Below are positions 29,081-38,125 of a stretch of DNA of 64,000 nucleotides, in pieces. The first letter of the stretch is position 1, and every line of letters begins with the position of its first letter. Position numbers and translations under genes: made by a program. The stretch is from an uncultured Bacilli bacterium (GTDB lineage Bacteria > Bacillota_I > Bacilli_A > RFN20 > CAG-826): assembly GCA_905236715.1 (NCBI GenBank), contig CAJOMQ010000009.1, positions 1,562 through 65,561 of the forward strand, given 5' to 3'. The notes under the pieces are model-generated. The model had not been told where the DNA came from, ran no database searches, and saw nothing but the letters and a program-made list of their open reading frames with translations.

Positions 29081-30085
29081 TCACATGTCGATATGAAAAT
29101 ATTCGTCATCGTCATCTTTATTTTTCTTTGGTGATTTCTTCTTTTTAGCAAATATTATTTTCCAATATTTCTTCATGGAGAAATTTTCCGCACCATAATA
29201 GGCAAAATATTTGCGATGCGCGGAAGCGATGAAAATGGCGAATATGATACATAGAACTAAAGGCCCTAAAAGGCTGAGAGATGATAATAATAAAACCTTG
29301 CTATTATCTAACTTTGATAGAGCGAAATATCCGAGAATTAAATTAACACCAAAACCCACCGCAAAGAAACCGATGGAAGTTAGGGAAATGATTTTATTTT
29401 TCTGAAAATACGGGAGCATTTTTTCATTTTTTAAATCAGTCAGAATGAAAGATGTATAAATAAATGATTCACCAATGAATAACAAAAGAATAATGACCGC
29501 GCTGAAGTAGCTTTTATCAATAAAGAAATAAAGCGATAAGAAAAATAGGACTTCCACCATCAAGGGACAAACACTACTGACCGCAAAATTAAAGCGGTTA
29601 TTGCGTTTTTTATTGTAAGAACTTTCTTCTTTATCCTTTGGATTAGCGCGCATCAAAATGGGATAGGTATTATTTCCACTTTCTAAAGCGGGAACATATT
29701 TATCAATAAAACAGAATAATGGGTGATATTTTTCCACGATTTGAAAAACCATCGCCACTTTATAATCGATTTCGCTTTGATTATTCGAAGGTAATTCTTT
29801 TAAACTAGCAATCTCATTAATGAGATTTTTATAAATTTGCCCATCTTCCACTTTGAGGAAAAGAAAATATAAAGTTATCTTGGCGCTGACATTAACTTTG
29901 ATGGTAACCAGTTGTTCAGCGGCATAATCTACATCAAATATGGAAAGAGATAAATTTTGTTTTTTGGCTAATTTAGCTAATTTATCAACGGTGGAACCGC
30001 CTTTTTTGTCATACATCAAATAATTATCGGATTGATAAATGACCTGTTTTTTCTCATCTTGTAAGGTATAAATGGCAAATTTCAT
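29081..30085 (-). CDS. Hypothetical membrane protein (soluble N-terminus, four C-terminal TM helices)
   Basis: 334-aa ORF co-oriented with its neighbours; no family recognised. Confidence 0.65.
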   Translation of the reverse strand: MKFAIYTLQDEKKQVIYQSDNYLMYDKKGGSTVDKLAKLAKKQNLSLSIFDVDYAAEQLVTIKVNVSAKITLYFLFLKVEDGQIYKNLINEIASLKELPSNNQSEIDYKVAMVFQIVEKYHPLFCFIDKYVPALESGNNTYPILMRANPKDKEESSYNKKRNNRFNFAVSSVCPLMVEVLFFLSLYFFIDKSYFSAVIILLLFIGESFIYTSFILTDLKNEKMLPYFQKNKIISLTSIGFFAVGFGVNLILGYFALSKLDNSKVLLLSSLSLLGPLVLCIIFAIFIASAHRKYFAYYGAENFSMKKYWKIIFAKKKKSPKKNKDDDDEYFHIDM

Positions 30086-30124
30086 ATCTATCTAATTAAA
30101 AGTAAGCATATAGCGGTATTTTTT

Positions 30125-31492
30125 TCAATCTCTTTTATAAATATCGCGTGTAAAGACTTTGACCTTATATGGTGATAATTCTTTATACATACGATTGGTA
30201 ATGATCACATCAGATTGATTGATAAAAGTGGTAAAATCCGCGATAGAATTATTATACATCTTATCATAAATGATAACTTTGATATTTTTTTCTAACAAAA
30301 GATAATAGACATCTAAAGATGAACTAGAGCGATAATTGTCGGAACCCGCTTTCATGGATAATTTATATATACCAATGGTAATATCTTCAATATTCTTTTT
30401 GGTTTTTTCAAAAGCAAATTCGATGATTTTATCCGCAATAAATTCTTTTCTTGTTTGATTAGAAATTAATAACGCTCGTATCAGATTGCTATTGGCGATA
30501 CCCACAAAAGAAGAAGATAATTGGGCACTATCTTTCGGTAAGCAATACCCGCCATAACCAAATGATGGGTTATTGTAATAATCACCAATGCGGGGATCAT
30601 AAGACATTCCTTTGATGATATTTTCGCTATTGAGATTATGCGATAAAGCATAGGAATCTAATTCATTAAAATACGCTACACGCATTGCTAAATAAGCATT
30701 AGAAAATAATTTCGTGGCTTCCGCTTCTTTGGGGGACATATAAATAGCTTTATTGAGATTTAAGGCGGCTTGCTCTAATAGATGGGCAAATTGTTTGGCC
30801 ATTTTATTATTTGTATTGGCCCCAATAATAATGCGTGAAGGATATAAATTATCATATAAAGCGTGTCCTTCACGGAGAAATTCAGGTGAAAAAATAATAT
30901 TTAGATGGGGATATTTTTCTGTCATCAGATTGGTAAAACCGATAGGCACTGTTGATTTAATGACCACTAAGGCGTGAGAATTAATTGCGTTAACAAGAAA
31001 AATAACTTCTTCCACTGAATGGGTATTAAATTGTCCACTTCCTTCATCAAAATCCGTCGGTGTGGCAATGATAATAATATCGGCATCTTGATATGCACTA
31101 TTGCTCATTGTCGCGGAAATGGTCAGTTTTTTGTTTGCTATATAATCTTCAATTAATGGGTCTTTGAATGGGGAAATATGCTGATTGATTTTATCAACTT
31201 TTTCTGAGATGAGGTCCACCATTGTCACACAATTATTTTGGCTTAATAAAACACCCAACGATAAGCCGACATAACCAATTCCGGCTATAGTGATTTTATA
31301 ATTTACATCATTATGTATTTTTTTCTTCTTTTTCTTATAAGAGTGAATTATTTCATAGATATTTTGGTATTTGAAAGAATCAGTGGACCCACTATTCTCA
31401 ATTCTTTTATATGTTCTTAAAGGAACATTGACTAATTTAGAGGCCTCAGTTTGTGTTAATCCCTTGCTGATTCTTAATTGTTTGAGATCCAT
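30125..31492 (-). CDS. ugd: XRE-HTH fused to UDP-glucose 6-dehydrogenase
   Basis: Probable start MDLKQLRISKGLTQTEASKLVNVPLRTYKRIE (ATG 31492), then GIGYVG, IIATPT, KSTVP, SPEFLREG and GYGGYCLPKD. Confidence 0.9.
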   Translation of the reverse strand: MDLKQLRISKGLTQTEASKLVNVPLRTYKRIENSGSTDSFKYQNIYEIIHSYKKKKKKIHNDVNYKITIAGIGYVGLSLGVLLSQNNCVTMVDLISEKVDKINQHISPFKDPLIEDYIANKKLTISATMSNSAYQDADIIIIATPTDFDEGSGQFNTHSVEEVIFLVNAINSHALVVIKSTVPIGFTNLMTEKYPHLNIIFSPEFLREGHALYDNLYPSRIIIGANTNNKMAKQFAHLLEQAALNLNKAIYMSPKEAEATKLFSNAYLAMRVAYFNELDSYALSHNLNSENIIKGMSYDPRIGDYYNNPSFGYGGYCLPKDSAQLSSSFVGIANSNLIRALLISNQTRKEFIADKIIEFAFEKTKKNIEDITIGIYKLSMKAGSDNYRSSSSLDVYYLLLEKNIKVIIYDKMYNNSIADFTTFINQSDVIITNRMYKELSPYKVKVFTRDIYKRD

Positions 31493-31527
31493 ACCTATAT
31501 GATAAAAGAATAATATAAAAAATAAAA

Positions 31528-31542
31528 GTGCCATTTTGGCAC
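31528..31542. promoter_or_regulatory. Palindrome GTGCCA-TTT-TGGCAC, putative XRE operator
   Basis: Perfect 6-3-6 dyad 36-50 nt upstream of the XRE-ugd start; related to 29037-29051. Confidence 0.6.
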
Positions 31543-31556
31543 CTTGTTATTTAATT

Positions 31557-32660
31557 TTAACCAAGCAAGTTAATGACTAGTTGGAAGATCGTTTCAATCA
31601 TCGATAAGGCGATAAATAATAAACCACATACAGGGATTAATATATCCACCATTTTGCTGCTTTCTTTATGCGTGCGGTTATATGAGAATAACATCACAAA
31701 GGGGATGACAATAAAGATTGAAGCGGTTTGTCCTAAACCAATATTGATGAGGAATTGGCCAAAAACGCTTTCGGATAATCCGGGAACCGTGCGAATAATG
31801 ACAAAGAAAATAATATCGGTAATCGAGACCGCTAAAAACATCGCACTGGTGAAAATAGAAAAATGTAAGGAAGCGGTATTGGTGTTTAAAAAGCGAGAAT
31901 ATTCCGCCATTGTGCGGCCATTTTTCCGGAAAATCATTTCGCGATGTTTGACAAATAAACATAAGAAAATGAAAGCTAAGAATAACAAGAATGGCTTCGT
32001 GGATATTAAAGGATAAATATAAGTGGGGACGGTAAACAAAATGCCATCCACTCCTTTAAAGAACATAGCGATTAATTCATATAAAATAGGAAAGGCAATA
32101 AAGCTACGGAAAATATGAATTTTCTTTCCTTTAAAATGTTTTTTCGGAACATAAGTGAGGAAGAAATAAAATAAAGTCCAAATTAATAAATCCACGAAGA
32201 TATTAAAGGAAGCATGTTCTTTTAATAACGCTTTTACCAAGACATCCGCCACCTCCACCGTAGCGCTGCTATCTTTCATAAAAATGTTGAGTAAAGCATA
32301 AAAATAATGGAAATAGAAGAATAAGAAAATGCCATATACCGCTAGAAAAGCACAGGCATAGAAAATGATAAATCGAAAGAAATTCTGCCTTCTTTTTAAA
32401 ATCAAAGAAAAATTAGCGATTAAAAATAACGGAGCGGAAATAATTGAAAAAGAATTCAATATATTCGCCACAATCGTCATGGCGTGTGCATCGGGATATC
32501 CTTCGCCTAAAATACGCAAGGCAAAAGATAAGATGATAGCCACTTGGCCAAGAGCGAGACCCACCCATGCGAATATTCTTAAATGACGATAACTAAATGG
32601 ACCACGATATTTAATGTCGTTTTCTTCATTTGTGGTCAAAATATTTTTGTTAATTCGCAT
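31557..32660 (-). CDS. Hypothetical polytopic membrane protein
   Basis: 367 aa with about nine hydrophobic segments; N-terminal DIKYRGPFSYRHLR. Confidence 0.75.
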   Translation of the reverse strand: MRINKNILTTNEENDIKYRGPFSYRHLRIFAWVGLALGQVAIILSFALRILGEGYPDAHAMTIVANILNSFSIISAPLFLIANFSLILKRRQNFFRFIIFYACAFLAVYGIFLFFYFHYFYALLNIFMKDSSATVEVADVLVKALLKEHASFNIFVDLLIWTLFYFFLTYVPKKHFKGKKIHIFRSFIAFPILYELIAMFFKGVDGILFTVPTYIYPLISTKPFLLFLAFIFLCLFVKHREMIFRKNGRTMAEYSRFLNTNTASLHFSIFTSAMFLAVSITDIIFFVIIRTVPGLSESVFGQFLINIGLGQTASIFIVIPFVMLFSYNRTHKESSKMVDILIPVCGLLFIALSMIETIFQLVINLLG

Positions 32661-32731
32661 ATGGGTTATTTTAAAATAAAGATAAATAAAAGATAATACT
32701 TTTTTAACAAAAAAATCGGCAACGCCGATTA

Positions 32732-32965
32732 TTATCTAATTTCTTTTCTTTCGTATAATTTATGACAATATTTATCGATGTAGGTACATAACCCGCGACC
32801 TTTTTTCGCGCATTCTTGTAATCTCTTGATATTGATCTTACCAACTGATTTATCGGTATAAAGATATGATTCAGGGGAAGAAATAAAACGCACCCAAATA
32901 TACCCATCCCCGATTTCATAGGAGATGACATCACTATTGCCAGAAAGATTTTTGTATTCAGTCAT
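32732..32965 (-). CDS. Small KTSC-like hypothetical protein
   Basis: YKNLSGNSDVISYEIGDGYIWVRF...YLYT...GRGLCTYI resembles small KTSC-like proteins; no SD, and a -10 element lies just upstream of the ATG. Confidence 0.65.
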   Translation of the reverse strand: MTEYKNLSGNSDVISYEIGDGYIWVRFISSPESYLYTDKSVGKINIKRLQECAKKGRGLCTYIDKYCHKLYERKEIR

Positions 32966-33054
32966 ATAAATTATAATACCACTATTTCATTAATAATCAC
33001 GGAAAACCATATGAAATTGCTAGATATGTCCAATGGTTTATAGCCTTTGAAAAA

Positions 33055-33365
33055 TATTTTTAAAATTTTTTGTCAAATTTGGCATTTTCATCCCTATATG
33101 TTTAATGAGGGGCAAATTATGTCCCTCAGAATAGGAGACATATTTTTATGTTAGGGTTTATCCCCCTGGCTCCTTGCAGAAAGGAGAAAAATATGCAGTA
33201 CCTTTTGGTCCTGGTTATTATATTGCTAGTTATTTGCTTACTAGTTAAGTAGATATAAAAAGGGGCTTGTGAACTGTGTCACAAGCACCTCAAACGCAAT
33301 ATAATTATAACACAGCCATTTTTCTTAGCAAGGGGCCGGGAGGCCTTATTCAAGCTTATTAAATA
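33055..33365 (+). repeat. ~300-bp dispersed module, copy 2 (type I TA-like)
   Basis: Near-identical to 2150-2455; antisense promoter TTGCTA-16-TATAAT at 33304-33331; hairpin at 33257-33290. Confidence 0.9.
33193..33252 (+). CDS. 19-aa hydrophobic peptide MQYLLVLVIILLVICLLVK, putative type I toxin
   Basis: AAAGGAG SD; identical protein to 2280-2339. Confidence 0.8.
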   Translation: MQYLLVLVIILLVICLLVK

Positions 33366-33374
33366 AGTTATCCT

Positions 33375-33567
33375 CTCCATATGTTTTAATGAAGGGGCAT
33401 GTTTGTCCCTCAGAATAGGAGACATATTTTTTATGTTCTGGCATTGCCGCTCCTGGCCTCTTGCTGGTGAAGTATATGGATTACCTATTGGTGATCCTAA
33501 TGTTATTGTTGACAATATTATAGCACAGTAATTAATCCAATCAAGAGGCCTAAAGGCCTTATTCAAG
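33375..33567 (+). repeat. Diverged, internally deleted tandem copy 3 of the module
   Basis: Keeps TGTCCCTCAGAATAGGAGACATATTTTT, a peptide ORF, the antisense promoter (TTGATT-16-TATAAT, 33517-33544) and AGGCCTTATTCAAG. Confidence 0.8.
33476..33523 (+). CDS. 15-aa hydrophobic peptide MDYLLVILMLLLTIL, paralogue of the 19-aa peptide
   Basis: GGTGA SD; M-x-YLLV start shared with the other two copies. Confidence 0.6.
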   Translation: MDYLLVILMLLLTIL

Positions 33568-33708
33568 AAATCATTATGCAAAAGGTATGGAATTAATTTG
33601 AGAAAAATAACCACGGACACTGACTAAATTTCCTAAAAATCATTTTCTTCTGCCTAATGAGAAAAAGAGAAATTTCACCACTCAATAAGGAATATATCAT
33701 TTATAGAT

Positions 33709-33737
33709 TTGCTATAAAAATGATAAAGTGCTATGAT
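33709..33737 (+). promoter_or_regulatory. Sigma-70/SigA promoter TTGCTA-17-TATGAT with extended TG
   Basis: Upstream of 33764; overlapped by an imperfect inverted repeat TATCATTT...AAATGATA (33695-33725). Confidence 0.6.
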
Positions 33738-33763
33738 AACCACGCTTTGCAAAATTCATCTTT

Positions 33764-35953
33764 ATGATTTATTTAATTGCTTCGTTATCTCTCGTTGTGG
33801 TGTTCGGCACCACATGGTTAATACAAAAATTTTGTTCTGTAAAAGTAGAAAAATTAATTAATCGAAGAATTATTCCGATATTTTTATCCGCTTTATTTAC
33901 CGCGCGATTTTTGTGCTATCAAGTACCACAGATAAAACAGAGCAATTTACAGGATTGGGTGTCCTTCCATGGACCGTTAAATCCTTTTTTAAATGCCATT
34001 GGCCAATTGTGTATTTGGTTGGAGATTGTTGCCATTATCTTCTTGTTGTGTCGGCCATGGTTTGGATTTAAAACTTTGAAATTTTATACCAAATTTATTT
34101 CTTCATCGATTTTCTTCACGTGTTTTGTGGGGTTATATCCGATGTTTGTCACAATGCAAGGCGATGTTTCAATGAGCACATTATATTTCCTTTTGCCGAT
34201 GGAGATTGGTGCATGCCTTGGTTATTGTGGATATTTTGTCATGCGTGATTGGCATATACATATTTCTAAGCATTCTTATTTAGAAGTCATATTAGCTCCT
34301 ATCGGTTTATCCTTTTTTGCTTTACAACCTTTTACGTTGATGTTTTTCTTCGGATTAGGAAAACCATATTACACACCTTATGATTTATCTGTTTATCACC
34401 GTTTTTTCTTATATTTCGTTTTGGCGGTGATTCCTTTAATGATTTATTTCTTTACACGGAACGCTCATATCGATAAAAGGCGTTTTGTTGTTATTTTTAT
34501 CACTATTGCTACTTTGACTAATTTCATGAATTATTACAAATATGATGATTTTTTAAAGCCATGGAATTGGCCTTGGCATCTTTGTAATATTGCCATGTTT
34601 ATCATTCCTATTGTCGTTATTTTTAATGCAAAGAAATTATTCTATTTCACTTATTTTATCAATGTGTTTGGAGCTTTGATGGCGATGTTTATGCCTAATT
34701 ATGAAGAGACTTACACTATTTTCAATCCAGCGATAAGTCAATTCTGGGTCAACCATATGATGGCGTATATGATGCCATTATTATGTGTGGCCTTAAAATT
34801 ATATGATCGCCCTAAATTAAAAGAATTTTTTATCTCGATGGGATGGTTTGCTCTATATTACGTAATTGTTTTATTCTTAAATCCCATTTTTGGAGCGTAT
34901 GGACACGAGACCGACTTCTTCTTTATCAATTCTGATTTTATTGCCGATAAATTGGGTAACTGGGCTAATCGAATTTTCCTCATACAGGCATCTTTTACTA
35001 TCAATGGCAAAGAATTGGTTTTCCACCCGTTATATCAAACATTATATTTCGTCATCTATTTTGCTATTGGCTTTGGAATGTGGTTTATTTATCAACTCGG
35101 TTTTGATATTGCCGATAGTCATTATGAAATACATCTAAAATTAAGAGGAATTAGACAAGATAAAATCGTCTTAAAAAGTGCATTAAATGGAAGGGAGATT
35201 ACACAACCTATGGAAGATAACGCAGGCATTAAATTAGAACTGAAAGGTTTTTCCAAAAAATATGGTATGAATAGACATTACGCTGTTCATGATGCAAATT
35301 TGTCAGTCAATGGCGGTGAAGTATTTGGTTTTTTAGGCCCCAATGGCGCTGGTAAATCCACGATTATCAAATCAATCGTCGGTATTCAACCTATCAGCGA
35401 AGGAGAAATCTATATTTGCGGATATAATGTCAAAGCCCAACCGGTTATGGCCAAAAGACAGATAGGCTTTGTCCCTGACCACTATGCCTTATATGAAAAA
35501 TTGACAGGCCGTGAATATCTCAATTACATCGCGGATATTTACGAAGTGAACAAAGAAGAAAGAGATGCTCGTTTAAATGAATATATCCATTTATTTGAAT
35601 TAGAGGAATCGATTGATAACAAAATCAAAACATATTCTCATGGTATGAAACAAAAGGTGACAATTATCGCCGCGTTGGTACATGACCCAAAAGTGTGGAT
35701 ATTAGACGAGCCTTTGACCGGTTTAGATCCCACATCTATTTTCCAAGTCAAGGAATGTATGCGAAGACACGCGCAAGCGGGAAATATCGTCTTCTTCTCT
35801 TCTCACTTGATTGATATTGTCGAAAAATTATGCGATCGAATTGCCATTATCAAACATGGGGAAATTCAATGTGTTAAAGATGTCAAAGATATCGAAAATA
35901 GCGAAGAATCATTAGAACAATTCTATATGCGTGTTATCGGAGAAAATAAATAA
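33764..35953 (+). CDS. Polytopic membrane domain (YwaF-like, WPWHLCN) fused to an ABC transporter ATPase
   Basis: About 450 aa hydrophobic region with PWHLC...FWVNH, then GPNGAGKS, YSHGMKQK, ILDEP and SSH motifs. Confidence 0.85.
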   Translation: MIYLIASLSLVVVFGTTWLIQKFCSVKVEKLINRRIIPIFLSALFTARFLCYQVPQIKQSNLQDWVSFHGPLNPFLNAIGQLCIWLEIVAIIFLLCRPWFGFKTLKFYTKFISSSIFFTCFVGLYPMFVTMQGDVSMSTLYFLLPMEIGACLGYCGYFVMRDWHIHISKHSYLEVILAPIGLSFFALQPFTLMFFFGLGKPYYTPYDLSVYHRFFLYFVLAVIPLMIYFFTRNAHIDKRRFVVIFITIATLTNFMNYYKYDDFLKPWNWPWHLCNIAMFIIPIVVIFNAKKLFYFTYFINVFGALMAMFMPNYEETYTIFNPAISQFWVNHMMAYMMPLLCVALKLYDRPKLKEFFISMGWFALYYVIVLFLNPIFGAYGHETDFFFINSDFIADKLGNWANRIFLIQASFTINGKELVFHPLYQTLYFVIYFAIGFGMWFIYQLGFDIADSHYEIHLKLRGIRQDKIVLKSALNGREITQPMEDNAGIKLELKGFSKKYGMNRHYAVHDANLSVNGGEVFGFLGPNGAGKSTIIKSIVGIQPISEGEIYICGYNVKAQPVMAKRQIGFVPDHYALYEKLTGREYLNYIADIYEVNKEERDARLNEYIHLFELEESIDNKIKTYSHGMKQKVTIIAALVHDPKVWILDEPLTGLDPTSIFQVKECMRRHAQAGNIVFFSSHLIDIVEKLCDRIAIIKHGEIQCVKDVKDIENSEESLEQFYMRVIGENK

Positions 35954-35958
35954 AACAG

Positions 35959-37629
35959 ATGAAAAATTTTTGGCCTTTAGTTTTCATGCAGTTCCACGAT
36001 AAGCTCGACTTTTCGTGGACAAAAAGCAAAAAAACCTTCATTCAAAAGGTCGTTTTCTTCGCCCTTAAATTCCTCCTCATCGGAGGTGGAGTTTTTGGTT
36101 TATTAGCTCTTTTAAATAGTTTGATGATTATTTATAAGAGTGAAGTAGTGAATTTCTATATTGTCTTCTTCTCTTTGATGTTTGTTTTAAATATCATCAG
36201 TATCACAATTGGTTTGACAAAATCATTATATTTTGCTGACGACAACAAAGTATTGGTGACTTTACCTGTTAATTCTTCAGCACTATTTTTCTCGAAAATT
36301 ATTGTCTATTGGTTTTTCCAAATCAAAAAGGATTTTGACATTCTAATTCCCGTGACCCTCGGGGTTTTCTTATTTGGTGTATCCACGAATGTTATCAATA
36401 TCGGCTCTTTGTTTTATATGTTTATCATTTTAGTGATCAACACGATTGTTTTAATTTTCTTGGGGTCATTATTATCCATTCCCACTTTATATTTATATAA
36501 ACTGATGAAAGATGTCCCCGTTGTGGAATTGATATTTGTCATTTTATTAGTGACCGCTTTTACAGTGATAGCTATTTTATTAATCCATGCCATCCCAGAA
36601 AATATCGATTTAATTAACCAGTGGCCAATGATTCGCTCTGGTCTTAATACTTGGATTAATAATTTTAAAACCTACGTTTATCCATTAGCTTTCATCGTGC
36701 GCTTGATGAGTGGGGAATTAAATGGACAATTAGTGTACACAATTAATGGGCAAACATTGTGGATGAGTGCCATATTCTTGGGTATTGCTATCATTTTGGG
36801 AGCCATTGTCTATTTGGCTATCAAGCCCTTTTATTTCACAATGATGACCAAGACTAATGAATTTAACAAATCATTAATCGACAATCCTAAACAAAATAAA
36901 GTCCATCATAAATACATCACTTTTGCCAATAAGGAGATGAAATTATCCTTCCGAGATTTTGATGTATCAGCCTCTTATATTGCTATTTATATCATTGTGC
37001 CTATCTTGCTATATTTTATTAATAAAATTTATGGGGCTATCAATACTTCAAGATTGGGAAATACAATGATTTTAGCTTTCTCTATATTGTTAACAATATT
37101 ACCATTCTTGGCTTCCAATAGTCTCATTGCCACTTTATATTCCAAAGAAGGACGAGCAGCCTATATCAAAAAGACCAAACCTATTGATCCTTTATGGCCT
37201 TTGATTTCTAAAGTTTTATTCAATTTGATTTTTTCCATCCCCTCCATCATTGCTTGTATGGTGATAATGGGCTTATTAGTAGATGTTCCCGTTTGGGGAT
37301 GCGTGGTAATCGGCATCAGTGTTTTATTAATTCAATATGGCCATATTTTCTATTCCGCGGGATTAGATTTGATGAACCCCCAAAATGAAGTCTACGCCAC
37401 CGATGGTGAACAAATAAATAATCCCAATGAAAATAAAGCGACTGTGGTTGGTTTTATTGTCGCTATTATCTATGCGATTTTAGCTTTTGTCTTTATTCAA
37501 GAAGCTTATCGGGTAAATGGGTCAATTGATATGGCGTTTATACGTTTGCTAATTATCGCTATTGGTTTTTTCGCCTCCACTATTCTCTTGTTTGTCTTAA
37601 AAGTGCGGGCGTTTTATTATGAGAAATAG
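35959..37629 (+). CDS. Putative ABC exporter permease (duplicated, ~12 TM)
   Basis: LYFADDNKVLVTLPV and SKEGRAAYIKKTKPI motifs typical of ABC-2-like permease halves; follows the ATPase. Confidence 0.75.
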   Translation: MKNFWPLVFMQFHDKLDFSWTKSKKTFIQKVVFFALKFLLIGGGVFGLLALLNSLMIIYKSEVVNFYIVFFSLMFVLNIISITIGLTKSLYFADDNKVLVTLPVNSSALFFSKIIVYWFFQIKKDFDILIPVTLGVFLFGVSTNVINIGSLFYMFIILVINTIVLIFLGSLLSIPTLYLYKLMKDVPVVELIFVILLVTAFTVIAILLIHAIPENIDLINQWPMIRSGLNTWINNFKTYVYPLAFIVRLMSGELNGQLVYTINGQTLWMSAIFLGIAIILGAIVYLAIKPFYFTMMTKTNEFNKSLIDNPKQNKVHHKYITFANKEMKLSFRDFDVSASYIAIYIIVPILLYFINKIYGAINTSRLGNTMILAFSILLTILPFLASNSLIATLYSKEGRAAYIKKTKPIDPLWPLISKVLFNLIFSIPSIIACMVIMGLLVDVPVWGCVVIGISVLLIQYGHIFYSAGLDLMNPQNEVYATDGEQINNPNENKATVVGFIVAIIYAILAFVFIQEAYRVNGSIDMAFIRLLIIAIGFFASTILLFVLKVRAFYYEK

Positions 37630-37648
37630 AAAGGGTTAATGTGACAAA

Positions 37649-38095
37649 ATGAAAAAATCGACAATATTAGCGTTAGTTATAGTTTACATTGTCTCCTTTC
37701 TTGTGGTAGGTTTATTAGGAATCGCGATAAAAGGATATAATCCTATTATCTATGTCGATGATATCGTCGTCAGCGATCCCGATAATGGCGCATTTATGAA
37801 ATATCGTGGGCAATTTGAAAACTTCGATTATTATTACACCTCTGTCATTACCGAAAATCACGCCACTATGCGTATCATGGCGCAAGCAAAACCTGAAAAT
37901 ACTAATTACCCTAATCTCGATTTTGAAGTTGAAAATGATGAAAATTATGAATTCAAAATTGAAGAAGGTAAATATGGCATTGTCAGTTTTCAAAATTTAA
38001 TAAAAGGAACACCAGTCACTTGTCGAATTACCATCAAATCGACAGATGGAAAAAAATTACAAAAAGTGGTTGGTATTACTTGTGGCTATATGTAG
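37649..38095 (+). CDS. Small membrane-anchored protein with an Ig-like extracellular domain
   Basis: N-terminal TM; ...PENTNYPNLDF...ITIKSTDG resembles Big_2-type folds. Confidence 0.65.
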   Translation: MKKSTILALVIVYIVSFLVVGLLGIAIKGYNPIIYVDDIVVSDPDNGAFMKYRGQFENFDYYYTSVITENHATMRIMAQAKPENTNYPNLDFEVENDENYEFKIEEGKYGIVSFQNLIKGTPVTCRITIKSTDGKKLQKVVGITCGYM

Positions 38096-38125
38096 TTAAA
38101 TTTATCAAAGGAGATTAAAAACAAA

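Noticed and set aside
31493-31534. N-terminal extension MALLFFILFFYHIG of XRE-Ugd
   Set aside because: It starts inside the palindrome and AT-rich promoter; the HTH begins at ATG 31492.
33279-33620. 113-aa minus-strand ORF across module copies 2-3
   Set aside because: It spans the junction of two repeat units, so it has no counterpart in copy 1, and has no recognisable motif; conservation is better explained by the plus-strand peptides and promoters.
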